Virus record (IMG/VR): IMGVR_UViG_3300028800_000009
Coordinates: 1 to 64,000 of that record
Length of the DNA stretch: 64,000 nucleotides
Reading direction: 5' to 3' (one strand)
From: a virus
The notes under the pieces were generated by a model that saw nothing but the letters and a program-made list of their open reading frames with translations, was not told the origin of the DNA and ran no database searches. Below, one piece after another: positions 63,022 to 64,000 of the stretch. A program made the translations under genes and the position numbers. How positions within the stretch are numbered: the first letter of the stretch is position 1; the number at the start of each line of letters is the position of its first letter.

Positions 63022-64000
63022 TCCCTAGCTCCTCGCTCGGCGCGCTCCAGCGCGCGGCCCGAAGCGGGGCGCTTCAGACTGGCGCGAGCCCTATCAGTTC
63101 GCGGGTCATCGCCGGACGGATCGATATTCCGCGATTCTTCACGCGGGTCTCGGCCACGGTCTTCCCGAGGATCACGCGCCCCCAATTGCCCGACGATCGT
63201 CGAGAGGTCCGGCGACCCTTCCCCAGTCTCATCATCAGGCTGCTCCGGAACCTTGTCAATGTCGATCGACGAGTAGCGGCTGTCCTCCTCGGACGCAATC
63301 GTCTTGCGGACCTCCATCGCGTCGATCGAACCCATCTCACTATAGACCGCGTCGGTATCGGCGTCGATCTTCCGTATCTCCGCCTTCTCCTTCTCGGTCA
63401 TCGCCCAGAGCGGCTGCCAGACGAAGCCGAGATCGGGGTCAATCTTGCCCCAGAGGTTCATCTGGAGAATCTCGATAACCCGTTGGAGGTTCGGCGAGCC
63501 GACGCGCTCCTGGGTCGAAGCTATCGAGTCGTAATAGACGCGGACCTCGCCGTCAGATGACGCGTTAAGGCCCGACGGCGTGATTCCGAAGAGTTTGACC
63601 AGCGGTACCCCGGCCGGGAACGCCATTTGCTCCTCGGCTTGCGCCTGTAGCTCGGAGAGCCCGGAGAGTGGCGCCGCGACGATCTTAAAGTCCTCCTTGT
63701 TTTTATCCGCGACGAGAAGGCCCTGGTTATCCCTCATCGTGTTATAGACGGCGGCACGCTCGGCGAGGAGGGCGGCGCCACCCTTGTTCGTCGTCAGATC
63801 CATATCCGTCTGAAGGACCGGCGTTGAGAAGTTACTCGTAATGTCCGAGATCGCTTGGCGCGTCCGAAGCCAATTCTCGACGTACGGCTTCATCAACTGG
63901 GTAAGCGAGAGGCCACCGAACTGGTAGGCCGGCTTGAGGAGGTCTGGTACCGGACGTGAGCAGAACGAGAGGAGCCGAGAGGAGTGAACCTTCTGACCGT
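63018..64000 (-). CDS. Portal protein (DUF1073-like), 5' end outside the window
   Basis: PLVKLFGITPSGLNASSDGE.RVYYD, F.PLW; frame open upstream of 63896. Confidence 0.85.
   Translation of the reverse strand, partial: GQKVHSSRLLSFCSRPVPDLLKPAYQFGGLSLTQLMKPYVENWLRTRQAISDITSNFSTPVLQTDMDLTTNKGGAALLAERAAVYNTMRDNQGLLVADKNKEDFKIVAAPLSGLSELQAQAEEQMAFPAGVPLVKLFGITPSGLNASSDGEVRVYYDSIASTQERVGSPNLQRVIEILQMNLWGKIDPDLGFVWQPLWAMTEKEKAEIRKIDADTDAVYSEMGSIDAMEVRKTIASEEDSRYSSIDIDKVPEQPDDETGEGSPDLSTIVGQLGARDPREDRGRDPREESRNIDPSGDDPRTDRARASLKRPASGRALERAERGARE

Noticed and set aside
63018-64000. Anti-CBASS Acb1 label sometimes given to DUF1073 proteins
   Set aside because: No HxT phosphoesterase motifs in the visible part; position and motifs fit a portal

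Overview
A 64-kb piece of a GC-rich tailed dsDNA phage genome with a contractile (myovirus-type) tail. The host is probably an alphaproteobacterium; this is inferred from a DUF3309-type membrane peptide and an IS1595-type fragment. The + strand (1-29.5 kb) is an early/replication arm: two arrays of small accessory genes (1-6 kb, 20.6-25 kb), four DNA methyltransferases, an SNF2-type helicase, an SMC-like ATPase, a 3'-5' exonuclease, a putative SSB, a dCTP deaminase, a sliding clamp, a family-B DNA polymerase, a Dda/RecD helicase, a resolvase-like nuclease and a class II ribonucleotide reductase. The - strand (29.7-64 kb) is the late arm: partial portal, MuF, prohead protease/scaffold, decoration protein, capsid, neck, sheath, tube, frameshifted chaperone, tape measure, baseplate, fibres and an extended lysis block. 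Four observations stand out. (1) One uninterrupted 1108-aa ORF joins a TET-associated/GREB1-like DNA glycosyltransferase to the replicative PolB. (2) A run of tail-fibre/lectin-like genes all carry signal peptides and many cysteines. (3) The core genome is strongly depleted in TpG/CpA while the accessory cassettes are not. (4) The accessory arrays have stereotyped junction motifs and duplications. No terminase, primase, integrase, TET dioxygenase, tRNA or CRISPR was recognised in the window. All family calls come from motif recognition by eye, not from database searches.
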